Positions 39,513 to 49,842 are shown, counted from the first letter of the stretch. The stretch: DNA of 64,000 nt from Propionicimonas sp. (GCA_027492575.1 JAPUEM010000105.1:1926-65925), one strand, 5' to 3'. Notes: generated by a model not told the origin, from the sequence alone. A program made the numbers and translations.

Positions 39513-40838
39513 GTGCTGTCCGCGTTCGCCAATGCGTTCAAGACGCCGGATCTTCGCAAGAAGATCCTGTTCACGCTCGCAGTCCTGGCTGTCTTCCGGT
39601 TCGGGTCGATGGTTCCCACCCCGAACGTGAACCTGCAGAACGTCAACCAGTGCCGCGCGGTGTCACTGGCGGGTGAGGGCTCCGGGCTCTACTCGATGAT
39701 CAACCTGTTCTCCGGTGGCGCGCTGCTGCAGCTGGCGATCTTCGCGCTCGGCATCATGCCCTACATCACCGCGAGCATCATCCTGCAGCTGATGACGGTG
39801 GTGATCCCCCGGCTGGAGGCCCTCAAGAAGGAGGGCGCGGCCGGCACCGCCAAGATCACCCAGTACACCCGCTACCTGACGATCGTGCTGGCGATCCTGC
39901 AATCCACCGCCTTCGTGACGATGGCCGTCAGCGGCCAGCTCTTCCAGGGCTGCACGCTGCCGCTGGTCTACGACGCGAGCGTCTTCCCGATCATCGTGAT
40001 GATCCTCACCATGACCGCCGGCACCGGCGTCATCATGTGGCTCGGTGAGCTGATCACCGACCGCGGTGTCGGCAACGGCATGTCGGTCATGATCTTCACC
40101 CAGATCGCCGCCCAGTTCCCCGCCCAGCTGTGGGGCATCAAGGAGAGCCGCCCCGGCGCCGCCGGCTGGCTGGCCTTCGCTCTGGTGCTCGGCGTCGGCC
40201 TGCTGGTGATGGCCGCGGTCATCTTCGTCGAGCAGGGGCAGCGGCGGATCCCCGTCCAGTACGCCAAGCGGATGGTCGGGCGCAAACTGCTCGGCGGCAG
40301 CACCACCTACATTCCGATCAAGGTCAACCAGGCCGGCGTCATCCCGGTGATCTTCGCCTCCTCGCTGATCTACCTGCCGGTGCTGTACTCGCAGTTCGTG
40401 CCCGGCACGATCGACGATCCCAACCCGGTGGCGGTCTGGATCCAGACCCATCTGGTGACCGGCACCTCCTGGGTCTACAACGCGCTCTACGCCGGCCTGA
40501 TCATCGCCTTCGCGTACTTCTACGTCTCGATCACCTTCGATCCGGACGAGGTCTCCGACAACATGAAGAAGTACGGCGGCTTCATCCCGGGCATCCGGGC
40601 CGGCGGGCCGACCGCCCGCTACCTGAAGTACGTCCTGTCGCGGCTGACCGCGCCCGGCTCGCTCTACCTGGCGGTCATCGCGCTGATTCCGGCGGCGGCG
40701 TTCATCTGGCTGGGCACCCAGGCGCAGTTCCCGTTCGGCGGCACCTCGATCCTGATCATCGTGGGCGTCGGCCTGGATACGGTCAAGCAGATCCAGAGCC
40801 AGTTGCAGCAGCGCAACTACGAGGGTTTCCTGCGCTAA
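39513..40838 (+). CDS. secY: Preprotein translocase subunit SecY
   Basis: FALGIMPYITASII, GELITDRGVGNGMS, GTSILIIVGV; GTG start 39513. Confidence 0.98.
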   Translation: MLSAFANAFKTPDLRKKILFTLAVLAVFRFGSMVPTPNVNLQNVNQCRAVSLAGEGSGLYSMINLFSGGALLQLAIFALGIMPYITASIILQLMTVVIPRLEALKKEGAAGTAKITQYTRYLTIVLAILQSTAFVTMAVSGQLFQGCTLPLVYDASVFPIIVMILTMTAGTGVIMWLGELITDRGVGNGMSVMIFTQIAAQFPAQLWGIKESRPGAAGWLAFALVLGVGLLVMAAVIFVEQGQRRIPVQYAKRMVGRKLLGGSTTYIPIKVNQAGVIPVIFASSLIYLPVLYSQFVPGTIDDPNPVAVWIQTHLVTGTSWVYNALYAGLIIAFAYFYVSITFDPDEVSDNMKKYGGFIPGIRAGGPTARYLKYVLSRLTAPGSLYLAVIALIPAAAFIWLGTQAQFPFGGTSILIIVGVGLDTVKQIQSQLQQRNYEGFLR

Positions 40839-40897
40839 CACCTGCCGTGCCGGAGGCGCACTTGCTACGGTGAGAGCACCTCGGGAAAGGACGCGTC

Positions 40898-41470
40898 GTG
40901 CGACTGCTGATCATGGGCCCGCCCGGTGTGGGCAAGGGCACCCAAGCCAAGGGAATCGCCGAGCACTACGGCATTCCGGCGATCTCCACGGGCAACATCT
41001 TCCGCACCAACGTCAAGAACCAGACCCCGTTGGGGCTGGAGGTCGCCCGCATGATGGCGGAGGGCTCCTACGTGCCGGACGAGATCACCGACGCCGTCGT
41101 CCGTGACCGGCTGGAGCAGCCGGACGCCGCCGGGGGCTGGCTGCTGGATGGCTACCCGCGCACGGTCGGTCAGGTGCACACCCTGGACGATCTGCTGGCT
41201 GAGACCGGCACCGCCGTGGACGCCGTGATCTCGCTGGTGGCCGACACCGACCTGCTGATCGAACGGCTGCTCAAGCGGGCCGAGCTCGAGGGCCGCCCCG
41301 ACGACAACCTGGAGACGATCACCCACCGGATGGCGGTCTACACCGAGGCCACCGATCCGCTGCTCGACATCTACGGCAAGCGCGGCGTCCTGGTGGACGT
41401 GGACGGTCTGGGCAGCATCGACGAGGTGAAGGGCCGGGTCACCCGGGCCCTCGACGAATTCCTGGCGTGA
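40898..41470 (+). CDS. adk: Adenylate kinase
   Basis: [11 protein letters not shown]-loop, [19 protein letters not shown]. Confidence 0.97.
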   Translation: MRLLIMGPPGVGKGTQAKGIAEHYGIPAISTGNIFRTNVKNQTPLGLEVARMMAEGSYVPDEITDAVVRDRLEQPDAAGGWLLDGYPRTVGQVHTLDDLLAETGTAVDAVISLVADTDLLIERLLKRAELEGRPDDNLETITHRMAVYTEATDPLLDIYGKRGVLVDVDGLGSIDEVKGRVTRALDEFLA

Positions 41471-42306
41471 GCCGCGATCCGATCGAGCGCAAGAGCCCCG
41501 ACCAGCTGCGCGCCATGCGCGCGTCCGGTCTGGTGGTCGCCCGCGTTCTGGAACAGTTGACGGACGCAGCCCGGCCCGGGGTCACCACGGCCGAGCTGGA
41601 CGGGCTGGCCCGCGAGGAACTCGCACGGGCGGGCGCGACCTCGTCCTTCCTGGGCTATGACGGCGGCTTCGGCTTGCCGCCCTACCCGGCGACGACCTGC
41701 ATCTCGGTCAACGACGAGGTGGTGCACGGCATCCCCGGCCCGCGGGTGCTCGCCGAGGGCGATCTGGTGTCGGTCGACTTCGGCGCCTGCCTGGCCGGCT
41801 GGCACGGCGACGCCGCGGTGACGATCGAGGTGGGGGAGTGCGCCGCGGAACGCCGGGCGCTGAGCGAGGCGACCCGCCAGGCGCTGTGGGCCGGCATCGG
41901 CGCGATGCGGACGGGCGGACGGCTGGGTGACATCGGCCATGCCGTCGAGAGCAGTCTGCGCGCCGCGCCACGCCGCTACGGGATCGTCACCGACTTCACC
42001 GGCCACGGCATCGGCCAGGCCATGCACATGGCCCCCGACGTCCCCAATACCGGACGCCGCGGCCGCGGACCCAGCCTGGAACCCGGCGTCACCCTGGCCA
42101 TCGAACCCATGGTCTCGCTGGGCTCGGGACGGGTCGCCGAACTGGAGGACGAGTGGACGATCGTCACCCGCGACGGCTCGGACGCCGCCCACTGGGAGCA
42201 CACCGTCGCCCTCACCCCCAGCGGGGTGTGGGTGCTGACCGCGGCGGACGGCGGCGAATCCGAGTTGGCCGCGCGCGGCGTCCCGTTCGGCCCGCTGGCC
42301 GACTGA
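41467..42306 (+). CDS. map: Methionine aminopeptidase type I
   Basis: [14 protein letters not shown]...HGDAA, GHGIG, AIEP, AHWEHTV. Confidence 0.97.
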   Translation: MSRDPIERKSPDQLRAMRASGLVVARVLEQLTDAARPGVTTAELDGLAREELARAGATSSFLGYDGGFGLPPYPATTCISVNDEVVHGIPGPRVLAEGDLVSVDFGACLAGWHGDAAVTIEVGECAAERRALSEATRQALWAGIGAMRTGGRLGDIGHAVESSLRAAPRRYGIVTDFTGHGIGQAMHMAPDVPNTGRRGRGPSLEPGVTLAIEPMVSLGSGRVAELEDEWTIVTRDGSDAAHWEHTVALTPSGVWVLTAADGGESELAARGVPFGPLAD

Positions 42307-42318
42307 GAGACTGGGGCC

Positions 42319-42840
42319 GTGTCGGCGTCGCTGGGTAGACGGATCCGGGCCGGGGTGATCGACCTCGGTCTCGCGCTGGCCTGGGCCGCCGTCGTGGTGG
42401 GCGCCGGTTTCGGGCTCCGCTCCGCCGGGCTGCTGACCCTCGCGCCGCTGGCGCTCAACCTGATCGGCGGCACGCTGATCGTGGTGCCGATCGTGCTCTT
42501 CTTCTCCCTCGCCGAGGGCGGCCGGTACGAGGCCAGCCCCGGCAAGCAGTGGTCGGGCCTGCGGGTGCGCCGGCTGGACGGCCGTCCGCTGGGCCGTCCC
42601 CGCGCCCTGCTGCGCAACTTCGTGAAGCTCGCCATCCCGGCCGTCCTGGCGCACGCCGCCGCGCTGATGCTGCTGACCGGTCAGACCGGTACCGATGTGC
42701 TCCTGCTGACCGCGATCGCCCTCAGCCTGCCGCTGTCGTACCTGCTGCTGGTCTGCTTCGGCGAACGCCGCGGGCCGTGGGATCTGCTCTGCGACGCCGA
42801 GGTGCTGGAGATCGCCCCGGGTCGCCGTTTCGCCGACTGA
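42319..42840 (+). CDS. RDD-family membrane protein
   Basis: RRIRAGVIDL, SPGKQWSGLRV, ALLRN. Confidence 0.75.
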   Translation: MSASLGRRIRAGVIDLGLALAWAAVVVGAGFGLRSAGLLTLAPLALNLIGGTLIVVPIVLFFSLAEGGRYEASPGKQWSGLRVRRLDGRPLGRPRALLRNFVKLAIPAVLAHAAALMLLTGQTGTDVLLLTAIALSLPLSYLLLVCFGERRGPWDLLCDAEVLEIAPGRRFAD

Positions 42841-42932
42841 AGCCGGGCGATCCGGGCCGGAAACGCGGGATTCTTCGGTCATCGAACCGTTTCGTCATGC
42901 AACCGAAACAATGCGCTCTTATGCTCCACCCC

Positions 42933-44516
42933 ATGAGCCTGCTGTTTCGTGAGTACGCCGGTCGGCCGGCGGCCTTCGACGAGGTGGTCGGTGCGGACGG
43001 CATCCGGGACGCCTACGGGTCGGTGCTGCGGCACCTCGACAAGCTGGACGCCGACGAGGTGCGTGCCAGGGCCGACTATCTGCGGTCGTCCTATCTCGAT
43101 CAGGGTGTCACCTTCGACGTCGGGGGCGAGGAGCGTCCGTTCCCGCTCGACATCGTGCCGCGAGTGCTGCTGGCCCAGGAATGGGCCGAGGTCGAGGCCG
43201 GGGTCAAGCAGCGGGTGCGGGCGATCGAGGCCTTCCTGGCCGATGTCTACGGCGAGGGACGGGTCTTCCGCGATCAGGTGATCCCGCGCCGCGTGGTGGT
43301 CACCTCGCCGCACTTCCACCGGGCGATGCACGGGGTCGTCCCGGCCAACGGGGTCCGCTGTCATGTCGCGGGCATCGATCTGATCCGCGACGAGAACGGC
43401 CGGTTCCGCGTCCTGGAGGACAATGTGCGGGTGCCCTCCGGGGTCTCCTACGTGATGACCAACCGGCGCGCCATGTTCTCCGCCCTGCCGGAGGTCACCT
43501 CGCGGCACCGGATCCGTCCGGTGGAGGGCTACCCGCTGCGGCTGCTGGCCGCGCTGCGGGCCGCGGCGCCGAGCGGGGTCAGCGATCCGACGGTCGTGGT
43601 GCTCACCCCCGGGGTCTACAACTCGGCCTACTTCGAGCACGCCCTGCTGGCCCGCATGATGGGCGTCGAACTGGTCGAGGGCCGCGACCTGGTCGCCCGC
43701 AACGGCCGGGTCTCGATCCGCACCACCTACGGGCTGCGGCCGGTGCACGTGATCTACCGGCGGATCGACGACGAGTTCCTCGACCCGGCCGCCTTCCGTC
43801 CGGATTCGCTGCTGGGCTGCGCCGGGCTGATGACCGCGGTGCGCGCGGGCAATCTGACCCTGGCCAACGCGGTCGGCAACGGCGTCGCGGACGACAAGCT
43901 GGTCTACACCTACATGAACGACTTGATCCGCTACTTCCTGGCCGAGGAACCCAAGCTGGCAAGCGTGGACACCTGGCGGCTGGAGGAGCCCGCGCATCGC
44001 GAGGAGGTGATGGACCGGCTGCACGAACTGGTGCTCAAGCCGGTGGACGGCTCCGGCGGCAAGGGGATCGTGATCGGCCCGAAGGCCACTGCCCTTCAGC
44101 TGGACGCGTTGCGCGCCCGGATCATCGACGACCCACGCGGCTGGATCGCGCAGCCGGTGGTGCAGCTCTCCACCGTCCCCACCATGATCGAGGGACGGAT
44201 GGCGCCCCGCCACGTCGACCTGCGCCCGTTCGCGGTGAACTCCGGCGAGGACGTCTACGTGCTGCCCGGCGGCCTCACCCGGGTGGCGCTGCCCGAGGGC
44301 GAACTGATCGTCAACTCCAGCCAGGGCGGCGGCTCCAAGGACACCTGGGTGCTCTCGACCGACGGGGTGCGCAGCCGCAAGCGGCGCCGCACCTCCCAGC
44401 CGCTGGAGTCGGTGCCGCTGACCACCCAGGGCGAAGAGGTCGTCCAGCATCAGCAGACCCGCCAGCAACAGCAACAGCAGCAGCAACTCCGGATCCAGGG
44501 AGGGACGACGTGCTGA
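42933..44516 (+). CDS. Circularly permuted type 2 ATP-grasp protein
   Basis: PFPLDIVPRV, GIDLIRD, VLEDNVRVPSGVSY, IYRRIDD, LKPVDGSGGKG, VNSSQGGGSKDTW; C-terminal polyQ. Confidence 0.9.
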   Translation: MSLLFREYAGRPAAFDEVVGADGIRDAYGSVLRHLDKLDADEVRARADYLRSSYLDQGVTFDVGGEERPFPLDIVPRVLLAQEWAEVEAGVKQRVRAIEAFLADVYGEGRVFRDQVIPRRVVVTSPHFHRAMHGVVPANGVRCHVAGIDLIRDENGRFRVLEDNVRVPSGVSYVMTNRRAMFSALPEVTSRHRIRPVEGYPLRLLAALRAAAPSGVSDPTVVVLTPGVYNSAYFEHALLARMMGVELVEGRDLVARNGRVSIRTTYGLRPVHVIYRRIDDEFLDPAAFRPDSLLGCAGLMTAVRAGNLTLANAVGNGVADDKLVYTYMNDLIRYFLAEEPKLASVDTWRLEEPAHREEVMDRLHELVLKPVDGSGGKGIVIGPKATALQLDALRARIIDDPRGWIAQPVVQLSTVPTMIEGRMAPRHVDLRPFAVNSGEDVYVLPGGLTRVALPEGELIVNSSQGGGSKDTWVLSTDGVRSRKRRRTSQPLESVPLTTQGEEVVQHQQTRQQQQQQQQLRIQGGTTC

Positions 44517-45442
44517 GTCGCATCGCCGAATCACTGTTCTGGATCGGGCGTTACCTCGAGCGGGCCGAGGACACCTGCCGGATCGTCGACGTGCACCTGC
44601 AGTTGCTCATCGACGACCCCAGCGTCGATTCGGACGAGGCGGCGGCGACGCTGCTGGCGCTGATGGGCTCGCCGCTGACCCCGCCGGAGAACACCGACCC
44701 CAACGAGACCGTGATGGCTCAGCTGTGCTGGGATGTCGCCTCACCCTGCTCGATCGCCGCGGCGATCGGCGGCGCCCGGGAATCCGCGCGACGCGCCCGC
44801 GAGACGATCTCGACCGAGATGTGGGAGGCGATCAACACCTCCTGGATAGCGGTGAAGGACAGCCGGCTGCAGTGGATGCGTCCCACGACGGCGTTCAAGT
44901 ACGTGCGGGAGCGCTGCGCGGTCATCTCGGCGACCGCCGACCAGACCATGAGCCACGACGAGGGCTGGCACTTCCTCACCCTGGGACGCAGCCTGGAGCG
45001 GGTCGACATGACCGCCCGGATGATCTCGACCGCCGCCGTGAGCGCCGGCAGCCAGAGTGCTTGGCCGAACGTGCTGCGGGGCTGCGGGGCGCACCACGCC
45101 TTCGTCCGCACCCACGGCGGCGTGGTCTCCGACCGGGACGCCGTCGAGTTCCTGTTGCTGGATCGGCTCTTCCCGCGCTCGGTGGTTCACACCCTGACGA
45201 TCGCCGAGGATGCTCTGGTGCAGCTGGATCCGGGGGTGCGGCGGGCCGGCTTCCACGACGACGCGCAGCGGCTGCTGGGCACCGCTCGGGCGGCGCTGGA
45301 GTACCAGCGCCCGGAGCGGCTGCTGGCCGAGTTGCCCGCGCGGATGGCCGATCTGCAGCGCACCTGCCATCAGGCGGGCGAGGCGATCACCGGCCGCTAT
45401 TTCAGTGCCGCCACCGCGGCGGCCTGGCAGGAGGGCGTCTGA
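44510..45442 (+). CDS. Alpha-E domain protein (DUF403)
   Basis: LSRIAESLFWIGRYLERAE, ARESARRARETIS, LGRSLERVD, FPRSV. Confidence 0.9.
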   Translation: MLSRIAESLFWIGRYLERAEDTCRIVDVHLQLLIDDPSVDSDEAAATLLALMGSPLTPPENTDPNETVMAQLCWDVASPCSIAAAIGGARESARRARETISTEMWEAINTSWIAVKDSRLQWMRPTTAFKYVRERCAVISATADQTMSHDEGWHFLTLGRSLERVDMTARMISTAAVSAGSQSAWPNVLRGCGAHHAFVRTHGGVVSDRDAVEFLLLDRLFPRSVVHTLTIAEDALVQLDPGVRRAGFHDDAQRLLGTARAALEYQRPERLLAELPARMADLQRTCHQAGEAITGRYFSAATAAAWQEGV

Positions 45443-46287
45443 TGGGAAGGCAGCTTCGCATCGTCCATCACACCGGCTACCGATACCAGGCCGGGGTCGC
45501 CGCCTCCCGCAACGAGGCACGGATGACGCCGCGCACGAACCGCGAGCAGCTGGTGCTGGCGACCAACCTGGAGATCTCGCCGACCGCCTGGACGTACAGC
45601 TACCGCGACTACTGGGGCGCCCAGGTGACCGCCTTCGAGATCTCGGCGCCGCACGACCGGCTGCAGGTGGTGGCGACCAGCACCGTGGAGGTCGGGGAAC
45701 GGCCGTCCGCCGGGCTCGGCATCAGCTGGGAGGAGGTGCTGGCGCCGGATCTGGCCGACCAGCACGTCGAACTGCTCCAGGTCGCCCGGCACATCGAGCC
45801 GCCACCGGAGTTGCTGTCGCTCGCCGTGGAGATCCGCCGGGAGACCGAATCCCCGGGTGAGGCCGTCCATCGGCTGGTGACCGCGATCCGCGAGCGGGTG
45901 GACTACGTCCCGGGCTCGACCGAGGTGCAGACCCGTGCCAGCGAGGTGTGGGAGGCCCGGGCCGGTGTCTGCCAGGATCTCGTCCATCTCGGGCTGGGCG
46001 CGCTGCGCTCGATCGGCATCCCCGCGCGCTACGTCTCCGGCTACGTGATGCCGGCGGAGGATCCGCTGCCCGGCCAGCCGCAGACCGGGGAATCCCATGC
46101 CTGGCTGCAGTACTGGGACGGCACCTGGGTGGGGCTGGATCCCACCAACGACACCCCTCCCGGCGAGTTCCACGTCGAGATCGGCACCGGCCGCGACTAC
46201 TTCGACATCCCCCCACTGAAGGGCGTCTACTCCGGCCCCTCCGAATCCGACATGTTCGTCGAGGTGGAGATCACCGTCCTGGCGTGA
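45442..46287 (+). CDS. Transglutaminase-family protein
   Basis: GVCQDLVH (Cys), RYVSGY, SHAW (His), LDPTN (Asp), GRDYFDIPP. Confidence 0.9.
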   Translation: MGRQLRIVHHTGYRYQAGVAASRNEARMTPRTNREQLVLATNLEISPTAWTYSYRDYWGAQVTAFEISAPHDRLQVVATSTVEVGERPSAGLGISWEEVLAPDLADQHVELLQVARHIEPPPELLSLAVEIRRETESPGEAVHRLVTAIRERVDYVPGSTEVQTRASEVWEARAGVCQDLVHLGLGALRSIGIPARYVSGYVMPAEDPLPGQPQTGESHAWLQYWDGTWVGLDPTNDTPPGEFHVEIGTGRDYFDIPPLKGVYSGPSESDMFVEVEITVLA

Positions 46288-46369
46288 GGGATGTGTCTGT
46301 GGAACTGTGAGTCGAGAACCGCCCTAACTAACAGTTACGTCGTAAGTGTTAGCAAGGTGGGGCGCTGCA

Positions 46370-46993
46370 TCACTCGGCGTGATACCGCTCAGCTATGACC
46401 ACCAGTTGTGCTCGGCTCGCGACATTGAGTTTGCGCTTGAGCGTGGCGACGATATTCCTCACGGTGCCTCTGGACACAAAGAGATCGTCTGCGATGGCAC
46501 GGTCGCCGAGCCCGGTGCCGATGCGATCCAGCACCTGCCGTTCTCGTTCATCCAGCCGTGAACGTGAACTGAGAAGCGCGGCGCCGAGGGTGCGAGCGAC
46601 ATTCTCGGGAACCACGATGCCGCCTTGATACGCAGCCCGGATGTAGGCGGGCAGTCGAGGTCCGAGGGCCTTGATGACGTAGCCTGCTCCGCCGTTGTTG
46701 AGAACGTCAGCAGCGGTGTGCTCGTCATCGAAGGATGTGACAGCCAGCACGCGGCTGGGAACGCCCGTGCGACTGAGTTCTCGGATCGCGGCAAGCCCGC
46801 CCATCCCCTGCATGTGGAGGTCCATCAGCACCACGTCCGGCGGATCAGCGCAGATCGCCCCGATCGCCTCGGAGGCTGTTTTGAAGACCCCGGTCACGAT
46901 GAGATCGGGTTCCGCGATCAGTTGGTCTCTCAGACCTTCTCGCGCGTAGGGGTCGTCGTCGACCACGCAGATCGTGATGGTGCCGGCCGTCAT
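46370..46993 (-). CDS. NarL/LuxR-family response regulator
   Basis: VVDDD, DVVLMDLHM, LAVTSF receiver; IADDLFVSRGTVRNIV HTH. Confidence 0.9.
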   Translation of the reverse strand: MTAGTITICVVDDDPYAREGLRDQLIAEPDLIVTGVFKTASEAIGAICADPPDVVLMDLHMQGMGGLAAIRELSRTGVPSRVLAVTSFDDEHTAADVLNNGGAGYVIKALGPRLPAYIRAAYQGGIVVPENVARTLGAALLSSRSRLDERERQVLDRIGTGLGDRAIADDLFVSRGTVRNIVATLKRKLNVASRAQLVVIAERYHAE

Positions 46994-48158
46994 GTCGTGC
47001 TCCGATCGGGGCGGGAGTCCGGCCGACCCCGATGGGGGAGCGTTAACTGGATGACCCAGTGCTCAGGGGTTGCCTCAACGGCCAACTGCCCGCCCGCTTC
47101 CTGAAGTCGTTGGGTCATTCCCCATACGCCGAACCGCTCGGTGCTGGGTGCTGAGCTGTCGCGCCGCCCGTTCCGGAAGGTGATGGCGACTTCGTCAGCG
47201 GTGATACTGACGATGATCGCGCAGGGTGTCTGTGGATCGCCGTGCTGCAGGATATTGGCTACGGCCTCGTTGGTGGCCGCACCGAGTGTCAGGCTCGCCT
47301 GCGAAGAAATGGTCGACAGGTCACCTTCGACCGCCGTTGCCACACTGAACCCTCGCTGGGCCAGATCGGCTACAGCGGCCTCCAATGCCTCGCTCAGCGC
47401 TGTCCGAACTACGACAAGCAACGCGTCCGGCGATTCGTCCCGCAGCAACGCCATGGTGCACCGGAGATCGCTGACCGAAGACTGGGCCAATGCGACCAAC
47501 TGGTCGAGTTCTTCGGGTGACGCCGCCCCCTGGCGCTTGAGCCGCCGAGCAGTAACAACCAGGTTGAACAACGACCGGGCGGTGGTGTCGTGGATTTCCC
47601 TGGCAACACGGTTCCGTTGTCGGACCAGTGAAGCGATCCGTCTTCGCTCGTTCTCATCGTCGCGTCGCCGAAAGGCTGTTCCGACACCCCAGGCAATTGC
47701 GATCAACACCGTCCATGCGACCCATGCGAGCATGGCATTACCCGGACTGGGGGCCTCTCGCCAAGCAGGATCGAATAGTAGGGAAGCACCAGCAGCAGGT
47801 CGTAGTAGGTGGCGACGGTTGCCTCGCGGACGCTCGGCCTGCTTCGACGCCCAGCCCCCAGGGTGGCGATCAGGGCCGCGTACTCGCCCATGGTGGCCCA
47901 CCCCGGAGGTATCACCAGGTAGAGCGTCAGGACACCCACGAGGACCGTCCCCGCGGTACGCGGCCACAGAGCGGTCAGGGCTGCGGCCAGACAAGCACCT
48001 AGATCGAGAGCGATCGCAGGCCATGGCTGATTGTTGATGGCGTCGATCGCGAGGGCTGCAATTCCGAGCAGGCTTGCTAGGCCGGCCTCAAGCCACCAAT
48101 ACGACTCGCGCCGTGCGAACAACCCGGAGTCTCGCTCACGGCGTGGTGGGGTTTGCAT
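46990..48158 (-). pseudogene. NarX/DesK-type sensor histidine kinase, frameshifted
   Basis: TM N-terminus (MQTPPRR...) in one frame and HisKA_3 (AREIHD)/HATPase (NEAVANILQHG) in another; frames overlap at about 47703-47800. Confidence 0.7.
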
Positions 48159-48510
48159 GAGCCTCACCGCGGGAGGTTGGCTCACATCCGCCCCAATCGC
48201 GGCGTTGGCAGTTGGGTGGGCGCTTGCAGGTATCGGCATGGGGCTTTGCTACGTCGATACTCTGAACATGCTCTTCACCCCACCGCCAGCCTCAGATGGG
48301 CTCACCGACCTTGACGTCAGTGGTGCAGCTGTGATGGCGGAGTCGATCGCCGGCATAGCGACAATGACTGCTGCAACGGCCTTCTTGGCCACCAGCTTTG
48401 GCGACGACCTGGATATCGGGGGACGCTCGTCCGTCTTGCTCACAGTCATCGCAGTGGCGGTCGTCGCGTTAGCTGTTCCGCTGGTTAGGCTCCGCGGTCA
48501 GGACAAGTAG
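48157..48510 (+). pseudogene. Probable C-terminal remnant of an MFS-like membrane protein
   Basis: About 3 hydrophobic segments (GWALAGIGMGLC...); no room for an N-terminal half; ATG overlaps the kinase start codon. Confidence 0.4.
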
Positions 48511-48542
48511 GCGCGCGGGGTGCTCAAGCGCCTCTACCACCG

Positions 48543-49751
48543 CTAGAACGCGGGCTGTCTGACTGGTCCTGGGGGAGAGCCCCGGAGCGGAGGCGGGCTC
48601 CACGATTTGTTGGACGGGCGCATGTCCTGGTCGGTGAGGTCTTCGTGGACGCGGTAGGCGGCCAGCGCACCGGTGAGCAGCTGGGCCCAGGGTTCGGGGC
48701 CGGCGGGGCTGAACTCGGAGGCGTGATAGACGCCCGGGGTGGCCGTGCGGAGGCGGGGGAGACTCAGGAGTGTGCGCCAACTGCGCCATCGGGGGCCCGC
48801 GGTGCTGGCGGGGGTCAATCCGTGGGGTGGGCGCTGGCCGGTGAGCTTGGCGTGCTGCCACGGAGAAGTGGCGACGATGGCCGCCTGGCATGCGAGTGGG
48901 CCGTCTGCGGTGGTCACCTGGCCGGGCTGCACGCGTTGAACCTCCGTTTCCCAGCGCAGGTCCACCCCGCGATCGAGCAGTCGCTGGAGGAGGATGTCCA
49001 TGAGTCGGGCGGCGGGTTGCGGGGTGTCGTCGGCGTCGACCAGCTGCCAGCGTCCGAAGGTGCGTTCGAGGCTGAGCCGGGTGCCTAGCCAGCCGGGGGT
49101 CTTCCGCGGGTCGCTGTCGCGGCGGGCGGCCAGGTCGGTGAACAGGCCGCCGAGCGGGCCGGCCCGGCGGGCGAGGTCGGCCAGGGTCTCGTCGGTGCGG
49201 AGCGCTGCCCGGGTGGCCCGGTCGAGGCGCGGCGCGGTGAACTCCGCTTCCACGCCGAGCGGACGCAGCGCGAGCCAGGTGGCGTCCAGCCGGTCGAGCA
49301 GGTCGCGCCAGGCCGTGGCTGCCGGGGGCCCGACCGTCTCGACCAGGGCGTGCCATTGGCCGGCACGATCGGCGGGGAGGGCGATCTCGCTGGCGGGCGT
49401 CGAGTAGGTGGGCGCGGGTGCCGGGACCAGGCGCAGCCCGTGGCGGCCCAGTTCGCCGGCCATCGGCCGTCCGGATTTCTTGAACAGATCGCGCCAAGCA
49501 GCCGGGAGGACGATCGCGTAGGGGTCGGTGTCGAGGGCGGAGAGCCCAGCGACGTCCACCCCATTCGTCGAACGCCACTCTCCGTGTCGAGCGCCAGGCC
49601 CTGGGGCCAGGTTCTCGGCGGGAAGGGTGGCGGTCGGCGAAAAGGGGCTGGGTGCGGGGCGACCGTCGAGGACGACGACCTGGTGGCCGACGCGGGCCAG
49701 GCGGGCTGCGGCGGCAAGACCGGCGAGGGTGGCTCCGACGACGGCGATCAT
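48543..49751 (-). CDS. FAD-dependent oxidoreductase, phytoene desaturase-like
   Basis: N-terminal Rossmann VVGATLAGLAAAARLA; LPAAWRDLF; LSLERTFG; PWAQLLTGALA. Confidence 0.6.
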   Translation of the reverse strand: MIAVVGATLAGLAAAARLARVGHQVVVLDGRPAPSPFSPTATLPAENLAPGPGARHGEWRSTNGVDVAGLSALDTDPYAIVLPAAWRDLFKKSGRPMAGELGRHGLRLVPAPAPTYSTPASEIALPADRAGQWHALVETVGPPAATAWRDLLDRLDATWLALRPLGVEAEFTAPRLDRATRAALRTDETLADLARRAGPLGGLFTDLAARRDSDPRKTPGWLGTRLSLERTFGRWQLVDADDTPQPAARLMDILLQRLLDRGVDLRWETEVQRVQPGQVTTADGPLACQAAIVATSPWQHAKLTGQRPPHGLTPASTAGPRWRSWRTLLSLPRLRTATPGVYHASEFSPAGPEPWAQLLTGALAAYRVHEDLTDQDMRPSNKSWSPPPLRGSPPGPVRQPAF

Positions 49752-49779
49752 GTCGGCGCCTCCCGTCCGGTCAGGGTCC

Positions 49780-49823
49780 AGCGACCCTTCGAGACTCGCG
49801 CATCGCGCGGCCTCAGGGATCGC
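49780..49823. repeat. REP-like family A variant with expanded loop
   Basis: CGACCCTTCGA-gactcgcgcatcgcgcggc-CTCAGGGATCG is the reverse complement of CGATCCCTGAG...TCGAAGGGTCG. Confidence 0.55.
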
Positions 49824-49842
49824 TGAAGGGGGTCCGCGCGCA

